A DNA stretch of 47,092 nucleotides from Cyanophyceae cyanobacterium (GTDB lineage: Bacteria; Cyanobacteriota; Cyanobacteriia; Cyanobacteriales; SIO1D9): the NCBI GenBank assembly GCA_038320005.1, contig JBBQDV010000001.1:1-47092 (forward strand), given 5' to 3'. Positions 1 to 9,821 of this stretch are shown piece after piece (positions within the stretch are counted from its first letter, which is position 1; each line of letters begins with the position of its first letter). The position numbers and the translations under genes are program-made. The notes below the pieces were generated by a model that worked only from the letters and a program-made list of their open reading frames with translations, ran no database searches and was not told the origin of the DNA.

Positions 1-287
1 TCTTTAAACATAGGGATTAGAAAGATAGCAATGTTGCTATCAAGTATGTACCCTTATCCCGATAAATCGCAGAGGTGTTACAGAATTTGTAACAGAAAAC
101 AACCGCCAACAGACTAGATAAAATTAAGATTTTAGAACTAGGGTCGCCAGGCTTCCTTTAGATGTCAATGTCTGAGTGAAGAAGGTGTAAGTGAGTGATG
201 TTTACTTAAGTTTTGGTCGTTAGCCAGGAAATAAAACGCGATCGCGAAAACCAATAACAGCCAAACTCTTTTTGAAATATTTAGCTG

Positions 288-1205
288 CTACCGCTTCAAA
301 ATCACCATCTCATTTCCAACTACGGGATTCCTCGCTAATAAAACCCCTTCAGGATCAATAATTTCTAATTTACTAAAGTCTAGTTTTTGGGAACGACTAA
401 ACATTTCGTTTGCCAGCTTATCCTGTTGAGATGACTTCAAACTGTACCATTCAGGACTAACGGTAATAATTAAGCGACTATCAATGAAATTAGCTTCAAT
501 CGAGTCAATCAGTCCTTCCGCATATTGGTTAGTAATTTCGCCCACCTGATTTTGAATTGCAGCAATTAAACTTTGTTCTGGTGTTAATTTTGGCTTTGGA
601 CGAGGTATATCGGGGATCGTTTCTGGTTGTTTTGGTGCAGTCAGTTCTGGAGGGGTTTCAATGGGAGTTTCCAGTTCAGATTGAGAAACTTGAGCAATTT
701 CTGTGGTTCGTGGTGGTAGCAAAAGGACTCCTAGCCAAAGAATTAGAACGATAGCCCCTGTTAAAAATGCCGTTAGTCCCCAATCGGAAAGCTTCTCATT
801 AATTGAGGTGGGTAAAAGTTTGCGAGTGTTGCTTAACAAGCCATCCCAAAGCCTTTGTACTGTGGAAAAACTGGGTAAGAAGCGATCTGTTAAACGGGTT
901 TGCTCAGGGGGTTCAGGTTCGCTAACTGCTTCAGTAGGAGTTATTTCTGGGGGGGTGGTTATGCGTGCCTCAAGGGTGGGAGGAGTTACCTCGATTTGTG
1001 GCGCTGGTTCTGGTTCTGGTTTCGCTTCTAAGGAAGTAGCTAAATCGTTGGTACTAGAAACCAAATTTGCAAAGGCGGTCATGTCAGGAAGTTGATCTGA
1101 GGATACCGCATCAAGTTGACTAATGATACTTTCTAGTTTATCAATAGTTTTATTTAAAGACGCGATCGCGTCAGCTTTGGTTTTCGGAAGGTCGGCTTGT
1201 GACAT
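288..1205 (-). CDS. hypothetical Pro/Glu-rich membrane-anchored protein
   Basis: Long ORF. The track start at 1226 is TTG; the first ATG is at 1203-1205 (MSQADLPK). It has an N-terminal coiled-coil-like region, P/E/T-rich linkers and one hydrophobic segment (LTAFLTGAIVLILWLGVLLL). I recognise no family. Confidence 0.6.
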   Translation of the reverse strand: MSQADLPKTKADAIASLNKTIDKLESIISQLDAVSSDQLPDMTAFANLVSSTNDLATSLEAKPEPEPAPQIEVTPPTLEARITTPPEITPTEAVSEPEPPEQTRLTDRFLPSFSTVQRLWDGLLSNTRKLLPTSINEKLSDWGLTAFLTGAIVLILWLGVLLLPPRTTEIAQVSQSELETPIETPPELTAPKQPETIPDIPRPKPKLTPEQSLIAAIQNQVGEITNQYAEGLIDSIEANFIDSRLIITVSPEWYSLKSSQQDKLANEMFSRSQKLDFSKLEIIDPEGVLLARNPVVGNEMVILKR

Positions 1206-1258
1206 AAGGGCTAGGGGACAAGGCAACCTTACGGTTACCTATTGCATTTTACTTAAAG

Positions 1259-3412
1259 TTAACTCTGGATGTCGGCTCGAGCAGCAGTAGCTTCATCAGG
1301 GTGAATGCCTAGACGGGTTAGGTTAATCCGTCCTTTACTATCTACTTCCCTTACTTTTACTACAACTTCATCACCAACGGCGACTTCATCTTCAACTTTA
1401 CCAACTCGATAGTCTGCAAGTTGAGAAATGTGAACCATTCCTTCTTTCCCTGGCGCAATTTCAATAAATGCACCGATGGGAATAATCCGCACTACAGTTC
1501 CAGAGAAAACATCCCCTTCTGAGATTTTACGGGTCATCCCCTCAATAATCCTCAAAGCAGCTTCCGCGTTTTCCCCTTCTACCGCAGAAACGGTGACAGT
1601 CCCATCATCAGCAATATCAACTTTTGCTCCTGTTTGTTCGGTAATACCTTTAATGGTTTTACCCCCAGGACCAATTAATAAGCCGATGAGACTTGGGTCA
1701 ATTTGCATTGTCAACAAGCGAGGCGCATGGGGCGAAAGTTCTGTACGAGGTTCGCTAATCGCCAGCATCATCTTCTCGAGGATATGTAAACGCGCTGGTT
1801 TAGCCTCATTAACTGCTTGGGCGATAACTTCAATGGGAAGTCCAGTAATTTTCATATCCATTTGCAAGGCGGTGATTCCTGTATCTGTCCCTGCAACTTT
1901 AAAGTCCATGTCGCCCAGGAAGTCTTCCATCCCCTGAATATCCGTAAGAATGCGAACTTCATCGCCTTCTTTGATTAGACCCATTGCAGCCCCACTCACG
2001 GGCTTACTGATGGGTACGCCTGCATCCATTAAGGAGAGGGTAGAACCACAGACTGAACCCATCGAGGTTGAACCATTAGAAGAAAGGACTTCTGAAACCA
2101 CGCGAATTACATAGGGGAAATCTTCCTTTTTGGGGAGGACAGGAACTAAAGCGCGTTCTGCTAAAGCACCATGACCAATTTCTCGCCGTCCAGGGGAACG
2201 CATTGGTCTAGTTTCACCAACAGAGTAGGGAGGAAAGTTATAGTGGTGAAGATAGGTTTTATCTTCCCCAGGATGGAGTTCGTCAGCTAAATCTTGTGCA
2301 TCCCCTGGAGTTCCCAGGGTTGCGATAGAAAGAACCTGAGTTAGTCCGCGATTAAATAAGCCACTTCCATGTACTTGGGAGGGAAGCAGTCCTACTCTGG
2401 CACTAATCGGGCGAACTTGATCCAATTTTCGTCCATCGACGCGGATTCCTTCATCAATAATCTTCTTCCGCATCAATTCTTTGGTGACGGATTTGAAGAC
2501 TTTACCGATAGTTTTGCTATTTTCAGCAACGGCGGTACGAATTGGGTCTTCTTCAGGAAGTTGTTCAATGGCGGTATCAACTTCCATTTTACGCACATCG
2601 TCGAGGGCTTCATCCCGTTGATGTTTGTCGAAGTCGAAATGAGTGAGAACTTTTTGGATACCTTTCGTCGCGCGATCGCGCACAAATTCCTCTAAACTAG
2701 AATCAACTACTGGTGGTTCTTCGGTAACAAGCTCAATGCCCAACTCTGCAATCAGTTCTTCTTGATGCTTAATCAGTTCTTGAACACCTTCATAACCGAA
2801 GTCAATTGCTTCGATGATATCTTGCTCAGGGAGTTGATTCGCCCCAGCTTCTACCATGACAATTCCATCAGGAGAACCAGCAACGACAATATCTAAATCA
2901 CCATCACGCATTTCTTTAAATGTCGGATTAATGATAAAATCATCTCCAACAAGCCCAACGCGCACCGCTGCCATAGGTCCACGAAAGGGAATTTTTGCAA
3001 GTAACACGGCAATAGATGCACCTGTCACCGCTAGAATATCTGGAGGGACATCCTCATCTAATGTTAGGGTTGTTGCTACGATTTGAATATCATCTCGTAT
3101 CCAGTTGGGAAAGAGGGGACGCATAGAACGGTCGATTAAACGACTAGTGAGAGTCACCTTCTCTGGAGGACGACCTTCGCGTCGTAAAAATCCCCCAGGG
3201 ATGCGCCCAGCAGCGTAGAGTCGTTCTTCGTAATCGACAAGTAATGGTAAAAAGTCAATGCCTTCTCGTCCCGTTGAGCGAGTCGCTGTAATCAATACAG
3301 ACGTATCTCCTGCTTCTATCAAAATTGCTCCCCCAGCTTGGGGTGCAAGTAAACCTGCTGTCAGTCGAATATCCCTTCCATAAAAGGATAGTGACTTATT
3401 GAACTCTTCCAT
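1259..3412 (-). CDS. pnp: polyribonucleotide nucleotidyltransferase (PNPase)
   Basis: 717 aa with two RNase PH-like halves followed by KH ([12 protein letters not shown]) and S1 ([15 protein letters not shown]...GMVHISQL) domains. This is the typical PNPase length and order. Confidence 0.97.
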   Translation of the reverse strand: MEEFNKSLSFYGRDIRLTAGLLAPQAGGAILIEAGDTSVLITATRSTGREGIDFLPLLVDYEERLYAAGRIPGGFLRREGRPPEKVTLTSRLIDRSMRPLFPNWIRDDIQIVATTLTLDEDVPPDILAVTGASIAVLLAKIPFRGPMAAVRVGLVGDDFIINPTFKEMRDGDLDIVVAGSPDGIVMVEAGANQLPEQDIIEAIDFGYEGVQELIKHQEELIAELGIELVTEEPPVVDSSLEEFVRDRATKGIQKVLTHFDFDKHQRDEALDDVRKMEVDTAIEQLPEEDPIRTAVAENSKTIGKVFKSVTKELMRKKIIDEGIRVDGRKLDQVRPISARVGLLPSQVHGSGLFNRGLTQVLSIATLGTPGDAQDLADELHPGEDKTYLHHYNFPPYSVGETRPMRSPGRREIGHGALAERALVPVLPKKEDFPYVIRVVSEVLSSNGSTSMGSVCGSTLSLMDAGVPISKPVSGAAMGLIKEGDEVRILTDIQGMEDFLGDMDFKVAGTDTGITALQMDMKITGLPIEVIAQAVNEAKPARLHILEKMMLAISEPRTELSPHAPRLLTMQIDPSLIGLLIGPGGKTIKGITEQTGAKVDIADDGTVTVSAVEGENAEAALRIIEGMTRKISEGDVFSGTVVRIIPIGAFIEIAPGKEGMVHISQLADYRVGKVEDEVAVGDEVVVKVREVDSKGRINLTRLGIHPDEATAARADIQS

Positions 3413-3550
3413 GTGGAGCTTTTCCTTGTGCTTTATCGCTTTTCTCTTTATGTCGCAATCCTAGCATTTGTAGGCAACTGCTGCTTAATTGAAATTGATA
3501 AATTTTTGCCAAGGTCACAGTAGAGATTAAAAAATTATAAATATATTATT

Positions 3551-6500
3551 ATGACGACTTTACACGGAAGTTGGATTTTAGAACCAGGATACCTTTTTAT
3601 TTGGGGAGAAACCTGGCGTAGTGTCAGTTCCTATGAATCAGCAACTCTGGCTGAAACACCCTCCCCTTATCCTTACGCGATGACGGAAGAGGAGTTACAG
3701 CAATATCTTAAATCTCACTTTGGAGAAGTGGAATTTAGTGCAGATTGGCAAACTCAAGGGGTGACTCTCCCTTCTATTGTTATTAAAAATCGTACTAAGA
3801 ATAAACCTCTTTTACCACTTTCTTCCGACCGAACTATTCCCCAGGATGCAACTCTACAGCCTTGGACAATTGGGGGCTATAGATTAAGTCCAGAAAATGC
3901 TACCCAACTTTTACAAGCCTTACCATTAGGACTCTCTACACCCAAAACCGCATTTGCAAACATTGATTTACAATTTTGGGCGCAGGTCTATCGTTGGAGT
4001 TTGGATTTAATCGCCCGTAGTAAGTTCCTCCCAGGTGTATGTACTACCGCTACAGGGGAAGGAATGACTTGTTGGCTACCTCTTCTTGATAGTCGCACAG
4101 ACCAAGAACGTTTGCGTGATTTTAGCCAAAATATTGCCCCTCCCTGTTTGAGTTATCAACAACAGCCTGAAGCGACCCCACAGGAGTTAATTCTCGGCTT
4201 TCTCAGTAATATTATCAACGCCCAAGTTCAAAGCTGGACGGAAGCTAATCTGGCTTTAAGTAAGGATACAGAGGTTTTCGAGTGGGCGCGATCGCTTTCT
4301 GGCGAAGAAGTATCATTAGAAGCAAGTAGCATTGACCGCTTCACTAAAGTCCTAGAAAACTGGACAACCCCCATCCAGAATTATTTAGTTAATCCCCTCA
4401 CCCATCAACTCGGAGAAAACCCCTATCGCCTTTGTTTTACACTTATTCCCCCTACTGATGGTGAAATGAATTGGGGACATAGTGACTGGAAGCTACAATA
4501 TTCCCTACAAGCCGTTGATGACCCTAATTTCTTGATTCCTTCCGAAATAGTTTGGCAAAATCCTGTAGATGAATTGGATTATCAAGGAAGAGTTATTGAA
4601 GAACCCCAAGAAACCCTCCTCAAAAACTTAGGTTTAGCAGTCCGTTTATACGAACCCATAGGCGAAAGTTTAGAAAAAGATTTACCCACTCATTCTCTTC
4701 TTAATCCTATTGAAGTTTATACTTTTATTCGCGGGAAAGTTTGGCAACTGCAAAATAGCGGTTTCGGCATCAATTTACCCCCTGGTTTAGAACAAGGGGA
4801 AGAGAAACGTTTAGGAATTAAAATTACTGCGCAAGTTGAGCCTCAAAAAGGGCAAAGTTTAGGCTTAAAAAGCTTATTGCAATACAAACTTGAATTAGCT
4901 GTTGGTGAAGCCACTTTATCGAAAGCAGAATTTGAACGTTTACTAGAACAAAAATCTCCCTTAGTTAAAGTTAAAAGTGAATGGATAGCCCTTCAACCTG
5001 CGGATGTCAAAGCAGCCCAAGAAATCTTAGCAACTAAAAGTCAAGAAAATCTATCAGTTGAAGATGCGGTTCGTCTGACAATGGGAGAAGAACGGGCGTT
5101 TGCGAAGTTACCCGTTGTGGACTTTGAAGCCAAAGGAGTCCTCGATGACTTACTCGCAGCCCTAAATAATAACCAAAAACTCGAACCCATCAGCACCCCA
5201 GAAGACTTTCATGGCGAATTGCGTCCTTATCAAGCGAGAGGAGTTAGTTGGTTAGCTTTCCTCGAAAAATGGAGTCTTGGGGCTTGTCTTGCTGATGATA
5301 TGGGCTTGGGTAAATGTATTACCCCTGAATCTCTAGTTTTTATTAATGGTGATTTAAAATCAGCAGTCGAGATTTGGGATAACTACGCAGGGGAAGAACT
5401 ATTTGATGGCGAAGGTTTTTGGACAACTCCAACAAAGCCCCTTTTAGTGAATGCTATCAACGAGGAAACAGGTAAAATTATTCAATCTCCCATTAATAAA
5501 TTATATCGGCAAAAAGTTAGCGAGAAACTGCATAAGATTAGCTTAAAAAATGGGAGTAATATCACTATTACTAAACGCCATAAACTTTTAACTAATAGAG
5601 GTTGGACAAATCAATTTAAAATAGGTGATCAAGTTGGTGTTCCTTCTCGATTAAATTGGCAAGGAAAAGCAGAAGATGAAGATTTAGTCAAGTTCCATGC
5701 TCGGAAAATTGCAACAGGAAATGAAACTAAAAAAATTCCCTCTTTCATCATGCAATCTGATATAGATACAGTGAGATTATTCCTCATTAACTATTTTTCT
5801 GCTAAGGATTCGGTAGTTTTTAAAAACCAGAGTCTAGAAATTACGGTAACATCATCCCAATTAATGCAACAAATTTCTACATTATTGAGACGCTTAGGGA
5901 TTTGGTTACAAATTAAATGCAAAGTCAAACAGTTAACTAACTCTCAAGATAGCCATGCTGATTATATTGGCACAATTGAAGGCGATGCTGCTAAAAGATT
6001 CTTAGCGGAAATTGGGATTAGTAATGCAAAGAAACAAAACCAACTAGAAGCAATATTTAGTTCTAATCCAGAAAAGAATAGTAAAACCAACTTATTAAAT
6101 CAGGAAGTCTTCTATTCTCCCATAACCTCAATCGAAGAAATTGATTATCAAGGTTGGGTCTATGACTTTGAAGTTCAGCAACACCATAACTTCGTGGCGA
6201 ATAATATTATTTGTCACAATACCATCCAAATGATTGCCTTTCTTCTCAACCTGCGCAAAGAAGAAAAGTTTGATCATCCTACCTTACTAATTTGTCCCAC
6301 TTCCGTATTAACCAACTGGGAACGAGAAGTTAAACGCTTTGCACCAAGTTTATCTACCTTAGTCCATCATGGTGATAAGCGTCACAAGGGTAAGACTTTC
6401 GCTAAAGCAGTTGAGAAGAAAAACCTCGTAATTACCAGTTATCCCCTCGTCTATCGCGACCTAGACACCTTAAAAGCAGTAAATTGGCAAGGGGTGGTAT

Positions 6501-7561
6501 TAGACGAAGCCCAAAACGTCAAGAATCCCCAAGCGAAACAATCTCAAGCAGTACGTCAGTTTAATCCTGGCTTCCGTATCGCATTAACTGGAACACCTGT
6601 AGAAAATCGTTTATCGGAACTATGGTCAATTCTCGACTTCCTCAATCCCAACTATTTAGGAGATAAGCAGTTTTTCCAAAGACGTTTTGCTGTCCCAATT
6701 GAGAAATATGGCGATCGCGATTCCCTCCAAACCCTAAGATCTTTAGTACAACCCTTCATCCTCCGTCGTCTCAAGACCGATAAAGAGATTATCCAAGATT
6801 TACCTGAAAAACAGGAAATGACAGTTTTCTGTGGCTTATCCGCTGAACAAGCAGCCATATATCAAAAATTAGTCGAAGACTCCCTCAAAGAAATTGAAGA
6901 TACCGAAGGAATTAAACGCCGAGGTCTAATCCTCACCCTACTCCTAAGACTAAAACAAGTTTGTAACCATCCCGCCCAATACTTAAAACAAAAGCAGATT
7001 GATTCAGCCAGTCGGTCAGGAAAACTTCAGCGTTTAGTGGAAATACTTGAAGAAATGATCGAAGAAGGAGATCATGGTTTAATCTTCACCCAATTTGCAG
7101 AATGGGGTAAACTCCTACAGACTTATCTCCAACAAAAACTAGGGGTAGAAGCATCCTTCCTCTATGGTTCAACCTCGAAAAAGCAACGGGAAGAAATGAT
7201 CGACCGCTTCCAAAATGACCCTGACGCACCCCCAATCTTAATTTTATCTCTAAAAGCAGGGGGAACAGGACTCAACCTAACTCGCGCCAACCACGTCTTC
7301 CATATCGACCGTTGGTGGAATCCAGCCGTAGAAAACCAAGCCACAGACCGCGCTTTCCGCATAGGTCAAACCCGTAATGTCCAGGTTCATAAATTTGTCT
7401 GTACTGGAACATTAGAAGAAAGGATTCATGAAATGATTGAAAGCAAAAAGCAACTCGCAGAACAAACCGTTGACGCAGGGGAACAATGGGTAACGGAACT
7501 AGATACAGACCAATTACGGAACTTACTGCTATTAGACCAAGGCGCAATTATGGAAGATTAA
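3551..7561 (+). CDS. SNF2/SWI2-family DEAD-like helicase with a long N-terminal bacterial SNF2-associated region; contains an intein
   Basis: Helicase motifs LRPYQ..GVSWL, ADDMGLGK|...|TIQ (motif I, split by the intein), VVLDEAQNVKN (motif II) and LTGTPVENRL (motif III). C-terminal helicase motifs are LIFTQF, LSLKAGGTGLNLT and DRWWNPAVENQATDRAFRIGQ. Confidence 0.93.
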   Translation: MTTLHGSWILEPGYLFIWGETWRSVSSYESATLAETPSPYPYAMTEEELQQYLKSHFGEVEFSADWQTQGVTLPSIVIKNRTKNKPLLPLSSDRTIPQDATLQPWTIGGYRLSPENATQLLQALPLGLSTPKTAFANIDLQFWAQVYRWSLDLIARSKFLPGVCTTATGEGMTCWLPLLDSRTDQERLRDFSQNIAPPCLSYQQQPEATPQELILGFLSNIINAQVQSWTEANLALSKDTEVFEWARSLSGEEVSLEASSIDRFTKVLENWTTPIQNYLVNPLTHQLGENPYRLCFTLIPPTDGEMNWGHSDWKLQYSLQAVDDPNFLIPSEIVWQNPVDELDYQGRVIEEPQETLLKNLGLAVRLYEPIGESLEKDLPTHSLLNPIEVYTFIRGKVWQLQNSGFGINLPPGLEQGEEKRLGIKITAQVEPQKGQSLGLKSLLQYKLELAVGEATLSKAEFERLLEQKSPLVKVKSEWIALQPADVKAAQEILATKSQENLSVEDAVRLTMGEERAFAKLPVVDFEAKGVLDDLLAALNNNQKLEPISTPEDFHGELRPYQARGVSWLAFLEKWSLGACLADDMGLGKCITPESLVFINGDLKSAVEIWDNYAGEELFDGEGFWTTPTKPLLVNAINEETGKIIQSPINKLYRQKVSEKLHKISLKNGSNITITKRHKLLTNRGWTNQFKIGDQVGVPSRLNWQGKAEDEDLVKFHARKIATGNETKKIPSFIMQSDIDTVRLFLINYFSAKDSVVFKNQSLEITVTSSQLMQQISTLLRRLGIWLQIKCKVKQLTNSQDSHADYIGTIEGDAAKRFLAEIGISNAKKQNQLEAIFSSNPEKNSKTNLLNQEVFYSPITSIEEIDYQGWVYDFEVQQHHNFVANNIICHNTIQMIAFLLNLRKEEKFDHPTLLICPTSVLTNWEREVKRFAPSLSTLVHHGDKRHKGKTFAKAVEKKNLVITSYPLVYRDLDTLKAVNWQGVVLDEAQNVKNPQAKQSQAVRQFNPGFRIALTGTPVENRLSELWSILDFLNPNYLGDKQFFQRRFAVPIEKYGDRDSLQTLRSLVQPFILRRLKTDKEIIQDLPEKQEMTVFCGLSAEQAAIYQKLVEDSLKEIEDTEGIKRRGLILTLLLRLKQVCNHPAQYLKQKQIDSASRSGKLQRLVEILEEMIEEGDHGLIFTQFAEWGKLLQTYLQQKLGVEASFLYGSTSKKQREEMIDRFQNDPDAPPILILSLKAGGTGLNLTRANHVFHIDRWWNPAVENQATDRAFRIGQTRNVQVHKFVCTGTLEERIHEMIESKKQLAEQTVDAGEQWVTELDTDQLRNLLLLDQGAIMED
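5315..6220 (+). other. intein (302 aa, Cys589-Asn890) inserted in Walker A of the SNF2 helicase
   Basis: The host motif reads GLGK-[CITPESLVF ... VYDFEVQQHHNFVANNIICHN]-TIQM. The element has Cys1, a block B TKRH (TxxH), a terminal HN, and a +1 Thr that restores GKT. The central region carries LAGLIDADG-like remnants (VRLFLINYFSAKDS, LLRRLGIW, AKRFLAEIGIS). Confidence 0.88.
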
Positions 7562-7563
7562 CA

Positions 7564-7953
7564 TCAAACTAGAGGAGGAAGAAGTTCCACCAAATCTTCA
7601 ACCTTCCTCAAATCTGGGTCTCCAGCTAAATATGCTATACCGCGATGCAGATGTAACTTAAACTGTTGGGCGAGAACCTCCTTATCCGTTCCCAAACCAT
7701 CGTTGTAACAGCGTTGCTTGAGGGCGATAATCAGATAATCAGAGAGTTCCCCCCCAAAGACACGCCAAGTCATTTCGATATTACTATCAGTGACAATAGG
7801 GACAGGGGAAGGAATGCTTGCTTCAGCGAGGGAACGACATAAGCCCCAACGACATAGGACATTCCAGTTGTCTATTTTGGTATAGCGTTTTAGTTTCAGC
7901 AATTGTTCCCTAGCTGTTTGGGAAACACGCACACGCTCAACAGGAGATTCCAT
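7564..7953 (-). CDS. DndE-like protein (DNA sulfur modification protein DndE family), orphan
   Basis: Matches the DndE pattern as I remember it: VRVSQTAREQLLKLKRYTKIDNWNVLCRWGLCRSL ... MTWRVFGGE ... LHLHRGIAYL. The track ORF starts with GTG at 7995; the ATG at 7951-7953 gives about 130 aa, the typical DndE size. Confidence 0.7.
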   Translation of the reverse strand: MESPVERVRVSQTAREQLLKLKRYTKIDNWNVLCRWGLCRSLAEASIPSPVPIVTDSNIEMTWRVFGGELSDYLIIALKQRCYNDGLGTDKEVLAQQFKLHLHRGIAYLAGDPDLRKVEDLVELLPPLV

Positions 7954-8052
7954 AAGTATCGAAAAATAATTATTAACTTTTGGGAATATTGACACTCTAA
8001 AACGTCAGTAAACCATTATAGCTATTGGAAAACTGTTCTTGTTCTATTTTAA

Positions 8053-8502
8053 ATGATGGCATATAAGCTATCATTTGCTATGGCTATTAAAATTGTGGTT
8101 GATACTAGTGTTTTTGTTGCTGGGTTAATTGGTTCGACAGGAGCTAGTCGGGAACTCATTCGACGCTGTTTAACGCTAGAATATCAGCCTTTGATGGGGA
8201 CAACCTTATTTAGTGAGTACGAATCCGTTATAAATCGAGATAAAATTATTTCTCTATCTCCTCTGACGCAGGCAGAAATTATCTCTTTATTAGCCTCATT
8301 TATTAGTGTCAGTGAATGGGTTTCGATTTACTACTTATGGCGACCAAATTTAAAAGATGAAGCAGATAATCATTTAATTGAGTTAGCAGTTGCCGGCAAT
8401 GCTCAATTTATTGCTACTAATAATATTAGAGACTTTCAAAATTCCGAACTGCTCTTTCCAAATTTATCAATTTCAAAACCTGAAAAGATTATAAGGAATT
8501 AA
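8053..8502 (+). CDS. PIN-domain toxin (PIN_3-type putative toxin-antitoxin toxin component)
   Basis: Motifs IVVDTSVFVAGL (first acidic residue), FSEYESV, and DEADNHLIELAVAGNAQFIATNNIRDF, which matches the C-terminal PIN_3 pattern. The start could instead be M10 at 8080. Confidence 0.8.
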   Translation: MMAYKLSFAMAIKIVVDTSVFVAGLIGSTGASRELIRRCLTLEYQPLMGTTLFSEYESVINRDKIISLSPLTQAEIISLLASFISVSEWVSIYYLWRPNLKDEADNHLIELAVAGNAQFIATNNIRDFQNSELLFPNLSISKPEKIIRN

Positions 8503-8508
8503 ATAACA

Positions 8509-8733
8509 ATGGCAACTTTAACAGTTCGTATACCCGATGACAAACATTCAAGATTAAAGCAACTAGCTCAAGCAAGGGGTATCAGTCTGAATAAGCTAAT
8601 TGAGGAGCTTTCGACAATAGCCTTAGCTGAGTTCGATGCTTACACTCGCTTTAAATCAATGGCTGCTAGTGGCAATCCAGAGGAGGGTTTAAGGCTTTTG
8701 GATAAATTGGATGAATTAACAGAAATGGAGTGA
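8509..8733 (+). CDS. ribbon-helix-helix (CopG/Arc-type) antitoxin
   Basis: N-terminal RHH pattern: TLTVRIPDDKHSRLKQLAQARGISLNKLIEEL. It starts 6 nt downstream of the PIN gene. Confidence 0.75.
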   Translation: MATLTVRIPDDKHSRLKQLAQARGISLNKLIEELSTIALAEFDAYTRFKSMAASGNPEEGLRLLDKLDELTEME

Positions 8734-8775
8734 AGATGATGACCCCATTGTTCCGCCTCGTTAAACGAACTAATT

Positions 8776-9774
8776 TCAAGTTAACTTATCCAATTCTTGC
8801 TGAAGTGCGGTTACATCTGCACCGTTCCCTTCTTCCTCTGACACAATAGAGCGCATTCCTTCTAAAGTAGAGAGGATATTGCGAGGGTCCATGAACATCA
8901 CCTTGCTACTTTGGCTGCTACCAATTGTTGCACCCATTTTGAGGTAATCTTGAGTTAGGAGAAACTGAAGGGCTTCGCGAGCAGTGGGATCATTTTTCAG
9001 TTTTTCTCTGATAAGTTCTAGGGCTTTAGCTGTTCCCTGCGCTTTCAAGATTGACTCTTGGGCGTTTGCTTCCGCTTGTAAGACAGTGGCTTTCTTTTGC
9101 CCTTCTGCTTGTAAGATAGCTGCTTTTTGGTCTGCTTCTGCGTTTAATATCCGCGCCCTCGCTTTACCTTCTGCGGAGTTGACGGCGGAATCTCGTTGTC
9201 CTTCTGAGGTGAGGATATTAGCCCGTTTTTGCCGTTCTGCTGCCATTTGTAACTCCATCGAGTCTTGAACGGTTTTAGAAGGAAGGATATCGCGCAATTC
9301 TACCCTTGTTACTTTTACGCCCCAAGGATCTGTGGAAATGTCAAGCTCTTTTAATAAAATGTCATTAATCTCGCTACGGGCGGTAAAGGCTTGGTCAAGT
9401 TCAAGTTGTCCCATTTCTGAACGAATTTGGGTAAGAACTAAGTTAACCATTGCTTGTTGCAGACTTTCTACTTTGTAGTAGGCTTTCTCCATATCCATGA
9501 TTCGCCAGTAAACTACTGCATCTACTTCAATGGAAACGTTATCTCTGGTGATACATTTTTGGGGTGGGATATCAATTACTTTTTCCCGAATTGTTCCTTG
9601 GTAAACGATTTTATCGAGAAAAGGGACCATGAAATTAAGTCCAGGGGTGAGCTTTTTGTTGTAGCTTCCTAGACGTTCGACGAGGGCTTCATTTTTCTCG
9701 TTAATAATTTTAACAGAACCCACTAAACCAGAGCCTCCAAGGGCTAGAAAGACGAGTAGTACAAATTGCTCCAT
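8776..9774 (-). CDS. SPFH/Band 7 (stomatin/slipin-like) protein
   Basis: N-terminal TM segment, then an SPFH core ([13 protein letters not shown]..., [26 protein letters not shown]) and an Ala/Gln-rich coiled-coil tail. Confidence 0.9.
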   Translation of the reverse strand: MEQFVLLVFLALGGSGLVGSVKIINEKNEALVERLGSYNKKLTPGLNFMVPFLDKIVYQGTIREKVIDIPPQKCITRDNVSIEVDAVVYWRIMDMEKAYYKVESLQQAMVNLVLTQIRSEMGQLELDQAFTARSEINDILLKELDISTDPWGVKVTRVELRDILPSKTVQDSMELQMAAERQKRANILTSEGQRDSAVNSAEGKARARILNAEADQKAAILQAEGQKKATVLQAEANAQESILKAQGTAKALELIREKLKNDPTAREALQFLLTQDYLKMGATIGSSQSSKVMFMDPRNILSTLEGMRSIVSEEEGNGADVTALQQELDKLT

Positions 9775-9821
9775 GATCAGTATCCTTTTTTAGAAATTTA
9801 GGTAAGTTAGAAAATTTGCGA

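Noticed and set aside
76-94. Palindrome TGTTAC-AGAATTT-GTAACA, considered as an NtcA or CRP-type site.
   Set aside because: It does not fit GTA-N8-TAC (NtcA) or TGTGA-N6-TCACA (CRP) spacing. No downstream gene is visible within the window.
557-1095. Plus-strand ORFs (557-754, 703-1095) inside the 288-1226 gene. Similar antisense ORFs lie inside pnp (1476-1937, 2369-2695, 2473-2685, 2856-3086), the SNF2 gene, SPFH, recN, thiC, panC-cmk (40501-41067, 188 aa) and others.
   Set aside because: These are shadow ORFs fully embedded in well-supported genes on the opposite strand or in another frame. Their translations are low-complexity or unrecognisable.
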